Assembly: GCA_965249485.1 (NCBI GenBank)
Contig: OZ252239.1
Coordinates: 3,264,001 to 3,328,000 of the forward strand
Length of the DNA: 64,000 nucleotides
DNA from: a bacterium
Lineage (GTDB): Bacteria; SM23-31
Direction of reading: 5' to 3'
The notes beneath the pieces were generated by a model. It was not told where the DNA came from, made no database searches, and saw only the letters and a list, made by a program, of their open reading frames with translations. Shown here piece after piece: positions 49,265-60,169 of the stretch; the first letter of the stretch is position 1, and each line of letters starts with the position of its first letter. Both the position numbers and the translations under genes were made by a program.

Positions 49265-50254
49265 TTATAATAATTTTAATAGAGAACGAATTTTTTCTCT
49301 GTTTGATTCATCACGAAGTGCATCACACAATGAATCGAGATCAGAAATCGATTTAAAGGAGATCGATGCTCTAAGGCTGTCACCCTCAAAATTATACGGA
49401 GGAGTTATAACATGTGCACCTATATTATTGAGGGACGAAGAGGTTTCAGCAAATTCTTTCTGGAATTGCGTAAGATCCGGATAGCGCCGTTCCTGAAGTA
49501 GTGCCAAAATTTTTGCCTGTTTTTGTGTCTGGGTCGTTTTGTTATCATTGAGAATAGACTGAAATTCCGCTTCATTGATGATCGTTGATATAGTCTTGTG
49601 GTCCCGCTTTCCAATCTCGTACATCAGTTCAATGCACTGTTTCAACTTTCCCCCGTGAATCTGCAATAATTTAATGATTGTAAAAAGTGCCTCCCGGTCA
49701 TTTTCCTCCAGCAATGCGAGCCGTGCAGCGTGCTGCGAGGATATATTCCAATGAAGCAAATAATGTTTCATTTCCTCATTAAGAGAATAAATATCCTTAA
49801 ATAATTGCATTGTGTATGATCCCGCGTTCAAACCCAATTGAGCTAAATAATTGTCACTATTTTTAATGACATTTTTTCTGACCAGTGAATCGAGTATCGA
49901 AATAATGCCTGCTTGTTCAATCAAATTAAAGTGACGGGTCGTTATGTTGTCCAAAAATGCTATATCAAACAGTTCTCCGTCGGACAACGATACTTCAGAA
50001 ATTACCCTGACAGGAAGCGAATCAAAATTAAGACTCTGTGCTGCATGAAGCCGTTTTGCACCGCAAATTATTTTGAATTTACTGTTTTCATTATCAGGGC
50101 AAACGGTAAGAGGATTTACGATCCCCAGTGACGAAATGGAGTCTAGGAGCTTTTGACCGGACTGAGGATATGAAAAAGCAAAAACCACATCAGTCAGTAT
50201 CAGTTGATCGGGATGTACACTCAAAAGTGATAATTGATTAGTTCCGTTTGGCAT
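49265..50254 (-). CDS. ParB/Srx N-terminal domain protein
   Basis: SI..LGIVNP, IICGAKRL.A and DN...R.FN.IEQA motifs. Confidence 0.7.
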   Translation of the reverse strand: MPNGTNQLSLLSVHPDQLILTDVVFAFSYPQSGQKLLDSISSLGIVNPLTVCPDNENSKFKIICGAKRLHAAQSLNFDSLPVRVISEVSLSDGELFDIAFLDNITTRHFNLIEQAGIISILDSLVRKNVIKNSDNYLAQLGLNAGSYTMQLFKDIYSLNEEMKHYLLHWNISSQHAARLALLEENDREALFTIIKLLQIHGGKLKQCIELMYEIGKRDHKTISTIINEAEFQSILNDNKTTQTQKQAKILALLQERRYPDLTQFQKEFAETSSSLNNIGAHVITPPYNFEGDSLRASISFKSISDLDSLCDALRDESNREKIRSLLKLL

Positions 50255-50271
50255 TGTTATATAGTAATGTT

Positions 50272-50640
50272 TTATATATTTCCCGGCAGCCAGAAGGCAT
50301 TTCGTGTATGAGAAATCTCATGTTTTCCATTATCATGAAACGTAACTCCAATAACATCGAATCGTGTATCGCAATCGGTTTTACCGGTTGTTTGCAAATA
50401 CGCTCTCGCGATCTTTCCAATTTGGTGCTGTTTACTTTGTGTGACTCTGAGTTCTGGAGGAACAGGATTACCGGCACTGTTTGATTTAACTTCGACAAAT
50501 ACGATCTGATGATTATCTCGGGCTATGATGTCGATCTCACCACGGTAAAATCGGAAATTTTTCTCAAGAATTTTCATTCCCTCTTTTTTTATATATTTTC
50601 CCGCAGCTTCCTCTCCCAGTTTACCAATATTTTTGCTCAT
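50272..50640 (-). CDS. yraN: YraN family nuclease
   Basis: GKLGEEAA and GEIDIIA...VFVEVK motifs; next to rnhB; start likely at MSKNIG. Confidence 0.88.
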   Translation of the reverse strand: MSKNIGKLGEEAAGKYIKKEGMKILEKNFRFYRGEIDIIARDNHQIVFVEVKSNSAGNPVPPELRVTQSKQHQIGKIARAYLQTTGKTDCDTRFDVIGVTFHDNGKHEISHTRNAFWLPGNI

Positions 50641-50740
50641 GAGCTTTAAAATGTAGTATTTTATACAATTTATGGTGTCTTGTATCACTCATTTCGAAAC
50701 TTTCATCATCAAATGGAATAGTCACAATAGCAATGCATTG

Positions 50741-51400
50741 TTACAAAATAGTGTGCTGAGGATTGACAAATTTACTACAAAAAGTGACCCTGTGCTCCGG
50801 GGTCAGACCATGCTCTTTAATAACGTCAATATGGAACTGTGTTCCATATCCTTTATTGGATTTGAAACCGTAAACCGGATAGAGATCGTCGAGATCCATC
50901 ATAATAGCATCACGCGTTACTTTCGCAATAATCGAGGCTGCAGCGATTGAAAATGATTTTGAGTCACCTTTGATGATAGCAGTACTGGGAGAATTAAATT
51001 CAGGTGTCATCGAACCGTCGACAAGTATGTGTTCGGGGGTTAAATCAAGCTGTTCAACTGCGGCCTTCATCGCCTTAAAGGTTGCCTGGAGAATATTTAT
51101 AGAATCGATTTCATTTTTTTCTACAATTCCAATACCAATGGCACATGCCGCTTCGCGAATCTGCCCAAATAATGTATTTCTTACCGGTGCAGACAATTTT
51201 TTGGAATCATTAATACCTTCCGGAATATTCGCTTCTCGGTCAAAGATAACCCCTGCGGCAACGACCGGACCGGCCAGTGGTCCCCTTCCGACTTCATCTA
51301 CTCCTGCTACATATTGAATATCAAGAACCCAGAGATTTCGCTCAAACGTGTCCATAATCTTCGCTACCAAATGCATCAATTTTTTTGAAGAAAATATCAA
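50741..51400 (-). CDS. rnhB: Ribonuclease HII
   Basis: GVDEVGRGPLAGPV, DSKKL and SIAAASIIAKVTRD motifs. Confidence 0.95.
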   Translation of the reverse strand: MIFSSKKLMHLVAKIMDTFERNLWVLDIQYVAGVDEVGRGPLAGPVVAAGVIFDREANIPEGINDSKKLSAPVRNTLFGQIREAACAIGIGIVEKNEIDSINILQATFKAMKAAVEQLDLTPEHILVDGSMTPEFNSPSTAIIKGDSKSFSIAAASIIAKVTRDAIMMDLDDLYPVYGFKSNKGYGTQFHIDVIKEHGLTPEHRVTFCSKFVNPQHTIL

Positions 51401-51415
51401 TTATTGGGCTGAATG

Positions 51416-53872
51416 TCAATCAGTAATATGGTATTTATTCGCTTTATGCACGATTGACCACTGCATACCGTCTGACACAAACTCAATCGCTCCACCTGAA
51501 TCTGTCCTGAGAATCTCAGTTGTGACTTTTCTGAGCCGTTGCAGTGTTTCGGGAGCGGGATGCCCGTAGGAATTGAATTTACCGGAGGATATTACACTAA
51601 ATTGAGGTGAAACTGCTTCCAAAAAATTTACATCTGAGGAATACTTTGAGCCGTGATGGGCGACTTTTAGAATATCGCTATCAAGAAACGATCCATACTT
51701 TACTAATATTTCATTCTCTACCTCAAATCCAATATCACTTGTAATGAGCAATTTTGTCTGTCCATATTGAATAAGAAGTGTCATGGAAATATCATTCGTA
51801 TTCCCATAGTATGAATCCGGATTCAAACGCAAGGATGGCGACAGAACATACATTCTCCAATCTTCCGATTTGTCTTCTTGGTGTGATGATCTTCTACTAA
51901 TTATGCTGTCGCCTGCATGTATTAGTTTTCTCTCAATACCTTTTGTTTGTAGTAAATTGAAGAATTCATCCTCTACAATAAATTGTTGTGAGTCGATCGA
52001 TTCATAAAACTTCCCGACTTCAACATGCCGCATCACTGATTCAAGTCCACCATAATGATCTCTGTTCGGATGCGACAGGAATACTCCATCAAGTTTACGG
52101 ATTCCGGCCCATCGTAAATAGGGAATAACATGTCTGTTGCCCGCATCACCGGTATCCCAACTGTTTCCACCGTCGATCAGCCAATGAGTGTCATCTGGAA
52201 ATGAAATGACCGTAGCATCTCCTTGACCGACATCGAGAAAAGTCACGTTCATAACCGGTATCGGACGATTCAACCATAATGCCCAGAGAATTAATACAAC
52301 TATCCCTGCACTACCTAATGTTATTCTGAAAAATAGTGGCTTAGTGTATACCAAAACGATAAAAAACACACTTGCTATTGAAATCAATACCCATATAATC
52401 TCATAATGGCCGATTATAAATCTCATAAATGAAACATCTCCGGCAAATCGGTTTATAGCGAATATGGTCTGAATCAAAACATCGTTTGTTGCACCTATTG
52501 CCGAACCCAGTTGCACACTCATGGATCCAAATAGCAATTCCGCCAAACCCAATCCCACGGTGAGCGTTGCCAGCGGTACGATGATCACGCTCGTGAATAT
52601 CCCGCCCGGAACAAGGTAATGAAAATGGTATGCCATAAAGAACGATGTCCCAAAAAATGCGCCTGCAGACATGAAGAAGAGTGAAATGGTCTGCCTCCAA
52701 AGCCATAAAAACGAAAATGGCTTCGTCATCCCTTCCAATTTATAAATAATCGGTTGGATTGATCCTTTAAAATAAAGAATCCCGGCAATTGCCGCAAAAG
52801 ATAACTGAAAGCCGGGATCAAAAAGTGTATTCGGATTCATCAACAGAATCAGGAGTGCGGTAACACCCAGAATATTCCAGGTGTCTCGCCTCCGTTGGAT
52901 CGTAATACCAAAATAATAGAGACAAGCAAATATCCCGGCACGCAGCACAGGAGGACGGGCTCCGGTTAGGAGGATATACACAAGGACAATAACGATTAAA
53001 AAAACCGACTGCCATCGTTTTCCCAGGGGGAAAAACATAAGAACGCTCTGAATAATGAGGATTATAAATCCGACATGAAGCCCGGAAACGGCCAGAATAT
53101 GGAGTGTTCCCGCGTTTCTGAAATCGTTAAGTATGTCGGTCTCAACACCAGTCCGCTGGCCGAGAAGTATTGCTTGCAGAAACGCCAATTCCTGACCAGT
53201 GTGGAATTGCTTCAATGTAGTACTCAAGAATGTGCGAATTGGATATATTAAAACACTTTTGATAGTATTTACTCTATTATCCGCATGAACTGTAATCTGT
53301 GCTCCATCAGGAATACGAAGAATACCATAAACATCCTTCCGGGCGAGATACGTACGGGAATTCATCTCTCCGGGATTGCGCCTCTCAGCAGGGCGCACCA
53401 ATATCCCCGACATTTCAATGTTATCTCCAATCCCGACACGCATTGTGCTATCCCGCAATGAAACATTTATTTTTCCATCGATATCTGAATACTCTATACC
53501 CCGAGCTTGAATACGTGATAGGGATACGGTAATCGTTTCACCGCCATGATGGTATTCGATCACATCTGAAACCCAGCCATCAACTGTCACATAGGTGTCA
53601 TAGAGATTAAGTTTTGTTAAATGGGAATCCGGGAGACGAGAAGTTTCGGTAAGAGATAATCGAAAAAAACCTGTTAAAAAAGCTATCAGGATAAAGAGCA
53701 GTACAAAAGAAATCCCGGAAGATTTAAATAGGTAGTGACACATCAAAAGGAGAAACAGCAATCCTCCTGCAATCGGGATAATCCAGTTAAAACCAAACTC
53801 AACTACTGATGCGGCAGCGATACCGCATGCACAGAAAAGTGTTGTTTTTAAAGCAGGCTTGTTGGTCAGCAT
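51416..53872 (-). CDS. comEC: Competence protein ComEC/Rec2
   Basis: HILAVSGLHVG, GFQLSF, DVGQGDA, SHP..DH and HHGS motifs. Confidence 0.93.
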   Translation of the reverse strand: MLTNKPALKTTLFCACGIAAASVVEFGFNWIIPIAGGLLFLLLMCHYLFKSSGISFVLLFILIAFLTGFFRLSLTETSRLPDSHLTKLNLYDTYVTVDGWVSDVIEYHHGGETITVSLSRIQARGIEYSDIDGKINVSLRDSTMRVGIGDNIEMSGILVRPAERRNPGEMNSRTYLARKDVYGILRIPDGAQITVHADNRVNTIKSVLIYPIRTFLSTTLKQFHTGQELAFLQAILLGQRTGVETDILNDFRNAGTLHILAVSGLHVGFIILIIQSVLMFFPLGKRWQSVFLIVIVLVYILLTGARPPVLRAGIFACLYYFGITIQRRRDTWNILGVTALLILLMNPNTLFDPGFQLSFAAIAGILYFKGSIQPIIYKLEGMTKPFSFLWLWRQTISLFFMSAGAFFGTSFFMAYHFHYLVPGGIFTSVIIVPLATLTVGLGLAELLFGSMSVQLGSAIGATNDVLIQTIFAINRFAGDVSFMRFIIGHYEIIWVLISIASVFFIVLVYTKPLFFRITLGSAGIVVLILWALWLNRPIPVMNVTFLDVGQGDATVISFPDDTHWLIDGGNSWDTGDAGNRHVIPYLRWAGIRKLDGVFLSHPNRDHYGGLESVMRHVEVGKFYESIDSQQFIVEDEFFNLLQTKGIERKLIHAGDSIISRRSSHQEDKSEDWRMYVLSPSLRLNPDSYYGNTNDISMTLLIQYGQTKLLITSDIGFEVENEILVKYGSFLDSDILKVAHHGSKYSSDVNFLEAVSPQFSVISSGKFNSYGHPAPETLQRLRKVTTEILRTDSGGAIEFVSDGMQWSIVHKANKYHITD

Positions 53873-53941
53873 AGATATAAGAAATGTAGCACTACTACCT
53901 TTCCGTCTTTTCCGGCTTCAGCACGCTTCAAAATCTCTTAA

Positions 53942-54736
53942 TCAGTTCAGGTTTCGCTCCCGTGCTATACTCTAGTAGGCATTCTGAATAATCTGAAATT
54001 TTTCATGCGCCATATCGGTAAATTCCTTTCCGAGATGGGTCACCCGGTCAGGATGAAATTTCATGACCATATCCCTGTAAGCTGATTTCAATTCGCTGTC
54101 GGTTGCATCGGGGGTAATTTCAAGAACATTATAGAGGTCATCTACGACAGATAAGGAAAATTCCGTTTTGATATGGTCATGGTCTGCTTGATCAATTTCC
54201 AGATATCCGACAATCTCTTCTATCCGTTTTTGTTCTTCTTTCTTGAAAACATTATCTGAAAGAGCCACTGAATAGAGAATCCGGACAAGCATAAGCAATT
54301 CCGGATATTGCATATATTTCTTTATTTCTGTCGATATAGATCTAAGATCGAGCTTATTTGTCGCTGCTTCCTGAATCAGATTTTCGATAATTTTACCTTC
54401 ACTGCCCCGGTAATGTAAACTGTTACGAAAAAATGATTTTATTGCTTCAACCTCGGCAGCATTGATCGATTTATCCGACTTCGCCACACTCGTCATTAAT
54501 GCTACGAGGTATGTGAGAAATACATACTCCTTTTGGCGTGTTGATTCCTGATTGTACCGTGCGCTTACATTCTTATACTCCCAGGTAGATGATGAATAAT
54601 TCTTAGGGAATACAAAACCAGTCATTTTCTTCGCAAGAAACCACATTAAAGCGGCGAATATTCCAATAGACAACTTTCCTGTGATGATAAAAACAATCCA
54701 GCATAAAAGAAATGGACCCCACAATGAACCTGACAT
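53942..54736 (-). CDS. DjlA-like TerB plus DnaJ-domain co-chaperone with in-frame TAG near the 3' end
   Basis: J-domain HPD motif. TAG at 53972-53974 interrupts the last helix, which continues SIARERNLN to TGA at 53942. Confidence 0.8.
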
Positions 54737-54784
54737 TATAATTTCCTTTTATATAAATAATCTAATAGTAATTAAGTGAAATTA

Positions 54785-55516
54785 TCAATAAACAAATTCC
54801 TCACCGCAGTGCGGACATCTGTTGGGATTTCCGTTGAAAGCATGATTGCAGTGCATACACATATTTTCGAAAATCAGCCCTTCACGCACCAATAGGTTTT
54901 CTGCGTCTCTTAATTGGATTATAGGAACTAAGAGAGCATACTGACCAGCCAGATATGGCTGCGCTCTGTCCATTTGGTCCTTTATCACACCGAATATCTC
55001 ATTCGATTCAAGAATCTGTAATGCCGGCTGCAGCTCTTCCATGTGAGTATCTGACTGAACGATTACCCAGTTACCGACAAATGGATAGTTTGCATCGTCT
55101 TTACAGAAATATTTACCACTTCTGGCAACAGAGCATTTCTTACAGAGCGCTTTTTTACATACAAGGCACACATAGCGAGTCATTGATTCGGGGTGATTCA
55201 CACACATTCGCAAACCGGCCCGTATGTATCCGCATTCAATACAGTACTCATAATGTGCGGATGTATAGTCTTTGCAGCTTTCACACTGTGTCACTGAACT
55301 GGAATGGATGGGCTGCTTGCCATCAAAATCGAAACGGCTCAGATCGTTGCCACATTTCCAACAAAATGTGTCATTTTCCTCAGTTGCAGCACCACAAACA
55401 TTACAATCAATAGCAGAATTGGCTAAACTGTCCCGCACTTTTAATACAGCACTGCAATCGGCACAATTCGTAACAGTATCAATATATTCATTGCCACATT
55501 CTGAGCAGTACGGCAC
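54785..55516 (-). CDS. Multi zinc-ribbon / B-box-like protein
   Basis: Many CxxC pairs and C.NHP...C..C.K.LC..C. Confidence 0.75.
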   Translation of the reverse strand: MPYCSECGNEYIDTVTNCADCSAVLKVRDSLANSAIDCNVCGAATEENDTFCWKCGNDLSRFDFDGKQPIHSSSVTQCESCKDYTSAHYEYCIECGYIRAGLRMCVNHPESMTRYVCLVCKKALCKKCSVARSGKYFCKDDANYPFVGNWVIVQSDTHMEELQPALQILESNEIFGVIKDQMDRAQPYLAGQYALLVPIIQLRDAENLLVREGLIFENMCMHCNHAFNGNPNRCPHCGEEFVY

Positions 55517-55542
55517 GCTATTTCCTTAATGAGAGTAATTTC

Positions 55543-56034
55543 TTAGTGATTTTCATCTTCAGAGACACTGCCCCGCAGAATCTTTAAAGCATGAGGAAGG
55601 ATTGGAATCAATGCATCGATGCTGTCTTCAATTGCCCGCGGATTTCCCGGCAGGTTGATGATAAGTGTTTGATTTCTGATTCCGGAGATTGCCCTCGACA
55701 ATACAGCATTCGGTGTAGATTTCAATCCACTTGAATAGAGAACAAAATTAATGCCCGGTGTATTGCGTTGGACTACCATGGCTGTTGCTTCCGGTGTAAC
55801 GTCCCGGGGACTGAATCCGGTTCCACCTGTTGTAAGAATGAGATCGGTATTATCCGAATTGACAATATGGAGCATCGCACCCTTGATAACATCGAGCTCA
55901 TCAGGCAGAATCTTATGTTCCGTTACCGTGTATGCATCGGGAGGAAGCGATTCCTCGATCAACGGCCCGCTTTCGTCTTTCCGCTCACCGGCAAAACATC
56001 GGTCACTTATGGTGAGTATCGCTGTCTTGAACAT
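55543..56034 (-). CDS. mog: Molybdopterin adenylyltransferase MogA/MoaB
   Basis: TTGGTG.SPRDVTPEAT, LSRA and INLPGNP motifs. Confidence 0.88.
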   Translation of the reverse strand: MFKTAILTISDRCFAGERKDESGPLIEESLPPDAYTVTEHKILPDELDVIKGAMLHIVNSDNTDLILTTGGTGFSPRDVTPEATAMVVQRNTPGINFVLYSSGLKSTPNAVLSRAISGIRNQTLIINLPGNPRAIEDSIDALIPILPHALKILRGSVSEDENH

Positions 56035-56174
56035 AATTACCTTACGTTATTTTGGTAAAATGTACTGGTGATAATTGCAAAAAGCAAGGACAAACACCCA
56101 ACAGACCTATGGTAAATAGAGAGAAAATCTACAATAATTTTGTTGGTTTAATATAAATCTCTCTGTATATTTAG

Positions 56175-56717
56175 GTGAATATTAACCAATTTTACTCGTC
56201 GAACCGATATAAAATGTATCTGACAACACATTCGGCAGCAGGGCTAATCGTGGGTATTGTATTCCAGCAACCGGCCGCGGCGTTTATCGGAGGTGTTGCT
56301 TCCCATTTGTTGCTTGATATTGTCCCGCATGAACCACCGGAAGATCTGATTTTAACGTATCCAAAGGATAAATCTCCGGATAAACAGACAGTACGTAAGA
56401 GGACACGTGCCAGCCTCTTCGATCTTGCCGGACTTGCGGCGGTGATAGTACTTTCCCTCTACCTGTTCAGCGGAGGTGAGTCCGGAATTAATTATTATCC
56501 GGGTATACTGAATGGCATTATCGGAGGTGTTATTCCGGATGTTGTCATTATTTCGACTTTTTTTCTCGACAATAAATTTCTCAGGTGGTTCTTTGATTTT
56601 CATAACAAGCTCCATTTACTCGTACCGGGAATCCGGGTATCCAATGCGGTGTCAGCAACATATCAACTTATTCTTTCAGGTATTATGATAACCGGAGCGT
56701 ATTATTACATACACTAA
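56175..56717 (+). CDS. Membrane protein, metal-dependent hydrolase-like
   Basis: TTH, SHLLLDIVPH, PD and FHNKLH motifs; start probably MYLTTH. Confidence 0.65.
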   Translation: MNINQFYSSNRYKMYLTTHSAAGLIVGIVFQQPAAAFIGGVASHLLLDIVPHEPPEDLILTYPKDKSPDKQTVRKRTRASLFDLAGLAAVIVLSLYLFSGGESGINYYPGILNGIIGGVIPDVVIISTFFLDNKFLRWFFDFHNKLHLLVPGIRVSNAVSATYQLILSGIMITGAYYYIH

Positions 56718-56778
56718 ACTATCTCATTACGATTATCAACTATAAATTTATCACAGTATTTCTTCAGTTAGGATTAGA

Positions 56779-58257
56779 ATGAGCACACAGTTAACATCGA
56801 TAGAGCACATTATTTTTGAGCTGACGAAACAGGTCAATATGCTGCTTAAAGCTGAATATGGCGTATGCTATTTTCAAATCGCACCGGCATAGTATAAAGC
56901 ATTTAATATCGTCCATGATTCATTTGAAGAACAGACTCATTTTGCTATCGACAATAAAACTATCGATGAAATTTTAGGCGGAAAAAATCATCCTGTTGTC
57001 TACAGCGGGAGAATTCCATTAGCCGCAAATCCCGATAAGAGCCGGGCTTATAGCTCCGGCCATGTTTCACTGCTTCTGTATATTCCAATTCTTCATAACG
57101 ACCGGATGATAGCACTGCTTGAAATAGCAAACCCACACAACAATGAATTCCTCCAACAAAAAAAACCGTTGCGGGCGTTTCATAATATAATTCAGAATGG
57201 ATTTATTGCTCGTCTGCAATCACGAACTAATGATGAGAAGTCTCAAACAGAACATGGCCTGATCCATGATGTATCTGAAATTGTTGGATCATCACCGGTA
57301 ATGTTGGAATTGAAATCAACTATTTCCCGTATTGCGGCAACTGAAAGCACTGAGTTTATTAAAGGAGAAACAGGAACAGGTAAGAATATTATTGCTCGGA
57401 GCATCCATAATCTTAGCAATAGACGGGATATGCCCTTTGTTAAGGTAAACTGCTCGGCAATTCCCGAAAATCTACTTGAAAGCGAGCTGTTCGGCCACGA
57501 AAAGGGCGCATTCACCGGTGCCCTCCAGAAGCGGATCGGGAGATTTGAACTGGCACATCTCGGAACAATATTTCTCGACGAGATCGGAGAAATATCGCTG
57601 AATATTCAAGTGAAATTACTGAATGTTCTCCAGGATCAGGAATTTGAGCGTCTCGGCAGTACACAAACAATCAAAGTCGATATACGAATCATTGCCGCAA
57701 CCAATAAAGAACTCGAAGCAGCCATTCGGAATGGTGAATTCCGGCAGGACCTTTTCTACCGGTTAAACGTTCTTCCTATTACTGCTCCTCCGCTGCGTGA
57801 AAGGATTGATGATCTGGAATTGTTGACACCACATTTTATCAAAAAGCTAAACCATAAACTTAATCTTCACTATAAGGGAATAACTGACGGAGCACATTTC
57901 TTACTGAAGCAGTACGAATGGCCCGGCAACATCCGTGAACTTGAAAATGTCATTGAGCGTGCTATGGTTATCGGCAACGGATCGTCGATACAACCAAAAG
58001 ACCTCCCTCAAGAGATTATCGATACTATTGATTCTGTCCGTTCGAAGAAAAGAATGTTTGCACTGCGGGAGGGGCAAAAATCGTTATGGGATGTTGAGAA
58101 AGGTATTATCGAACGTGCTCTCACAGAGTCGAACTGGAATCAGTCCAAAACAGCCCGGGTGCTCTGTATCACACGGAATCATCTCAGGTACAGGATCAAA
58201 AAATATGGGATAAAAAAACCAGAATCGAGTTCTGTCAAAATCGGGGATCAGGCATGA
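56779..58257 (+). CDS. Sigma54-dependent Fis-family activator with N-terminal GAF-like region interrupted by TAG
   Basis: GETGTGK, GAFTGA, FLDEIG, WPGNIREL and C-terminal HTH. Frame is open from ATG 56779 except TAG 56890-56892. Confidence 0.8.
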
Positions 58258-58538
58258 AGAAACCGTGGGCAATGACAGAGGATGAATTCAGTATCAGATT
58301 CTTTAATCATATGACCGGTAGAGAATTATGCACCGATAAAAAATTTCTTGATATGGTACAGAAATGGCACGATTTCATGAAAGAATACTTAGATAAAAAA
58401 GAGGCGGATTCCGGAATAAAAATCGAATACCCTGTCAATCTCCACGAAGAAATCATAAAATGGGCACTTGAAGAAGGCAAAACAGTCCCAAAAAAAGTGC
58501 TCGACGAATATCCCCATTTAATCACAAAAAAAGAGTGA
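58254..58538 (+). CDS. Hypothetical protein
   Basis: ATGA-coupled, 94 aa. Confidence 0.65.
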   Translation: MKKPWAMTEDEFSIRFFNHMTGRELCTDKKFLDMVQKWHDFMKEYLDKKEADSGIKIEYPVNLHEEIIKWALEEGKTVPKKVLDEYPHLITKKE

Positions 58539-58553
58539 AATATCCAGCTGGAA

Positions 58554-59369
58554 TTAATGTGTATAAGCGTACATAATGAAGTTAATTGCCATCTGGAAGC
58601 TGATCGTCGATGCTTTTGAGATGTTACGGTCCGGCCATTCCCACCCGTCTCCAATATCCTGATTATAACTTATTACACACATCATGCGGCCAAGATCATC
58701 ATAGATTGCATAATACTGATCTTCATATCTACTGACTCTCGGCTTTGTTGATGGCGCTTCAACAGGATCGATGGTATAGTAGACAGACCAAATAGGATGG
58801 TCAGGTGGTATTTCCACTGGTTCTCTGTCAGGAAAGACCAGTTTAATATTGTTGTAAAAATTGTACCATTGTTCATAATGAAAATCATCGAAAATCACAA
58901 AGCCGCCCCTGTCGAAATATTCACGCAGCATTCGAATTTCCGTCTCATCCGTGATCCAGTAACCAGGTTCTGTTAGATACATAATCGGATGCTCAAATAT
59001 CCGCTCGTCCTTAAGTGTGAGAGCAAGATACTGTCCGGCAATGTCAATTTTAGTTGTTTTATCTATGGCTTCCTGCAGATTGTCATCCGCCGTAGGATAG
59101 TCGGTTGCCCACATCCACCTGTTTCCCCAGTCCCGATATATTACTCTGATAAATCGAAAACCATGATCATCCCACATACCCGGTAATAATGAAGCATCTA
59201 TCTGTTAAGATTCTGTTTCATCGATGTCAATTACACCGACACGCTTGACGGGATGTTCTGCGCCAGTAACAGGTGCTTCTTTACTCTTCTCTGATGGTGA
59301 ACACCCGGAAACAACAAGTACAGCGATAATGTAACTAACAACAAATGATTTTATTCGATCTCTTAACAT
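58554..59369 (-). pseudogene. DUF4159-like lipoprotein gene with in-frame TAA
   Basis: WATDYP.AD, GGFVIFDDF and DIGDGWE motifs. TAATG-coupled ATG at 59369 with lipobox VSGC; TAA at 59205-59207. Confidence 0.7.
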
Positions 59370-60010
59370 TATTTAGTAACGTTACTTGTTCTGGGTTCAA
59401 TTTTATAATATGAAACCATTTTTTCAAGAATTTCATACGGCTGTGCGCCGACAACACAAGAATCGCTCATCGCAAAAGCAGGAACACCGGTAATTCCTTT
59501 GTTTCGAGAACGTTTCCAGTCTTCGTCGACTTTACTTTGATAACTTCGTTTCTCAAGGACCGTTCCTGCCTCACGTTCGGGTAAATTAATTGAATCAGCA
59601 ATACGGATAAGATTATCGATTTTAGCGATATTCATTCTATCAACAAAATATGCCCTGAAAAGAGCGCCATGTATTCGGTGTTCCTCATGTGCATCTACAG
59701 CCCAGGCAGCGAGTTCCTGCGCTAATCGGGAATTATAGGTGAATTCGGGACGATTATACGGAAGCCCTTCTTTATCCATATGCTTTGCGAGATGTATTTC
59801 TGCGGTTTTAAAGTCGTAACTGCTTCCAAAAAATATTGCCTCAAGTGTCATCCCTTCCTCGGGCGTATCAGGATGGAGCGGAAAATGGATAACCTGAGTA
59901 GTAATAGAATAGTTTTGAATAATTTTTTCAATACGTCCTGTGCAGAGATAACACCTGGGACAAACATAATCTGTATAAATTTCAAGTACAAGCTTATTTG
60001 TCACAGCCAC
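59369..60010 (-). CDS. DsbA/FrnE family oxidoreductase
   Basis: DYVCPRCY, LHPDTP, GVPAF and GAQP motifs. Confidence 0.85.
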   Translation of the reverse strand: MAVTNKLVLEIYTDYVCPRCYLCTGRIEKIIQNYSITTQVIHFPLHPDTPEEGMTLEAIFFGSSYDFKTAEIHLAKHMDKEGLPYNRPEFTYNSRLAQELAAWAVDAHEEHRIHGALFRAYFVDRMNIAKIDNLIRIADSINLPEREAGTVLEKRSYQSKVDEDWKRSRNKGITGVPAFAMSDSCVVGAQPYEILEKMVSYYKIEPRTSNVTK

Positions 60011-60169
60011 TACCTTTTTTATTATCGAGGATTTTAATTCATCTTGAGCAAATCGATACTATTTCAACAGTTAATACACTATTTCAGTTCTGTGATTATA
60101 ATGTTAAGCTAAAAATAATCATTCCAGAGACTATGGTCAATACCTAATGAAGCACCGGAACATTCAAAA

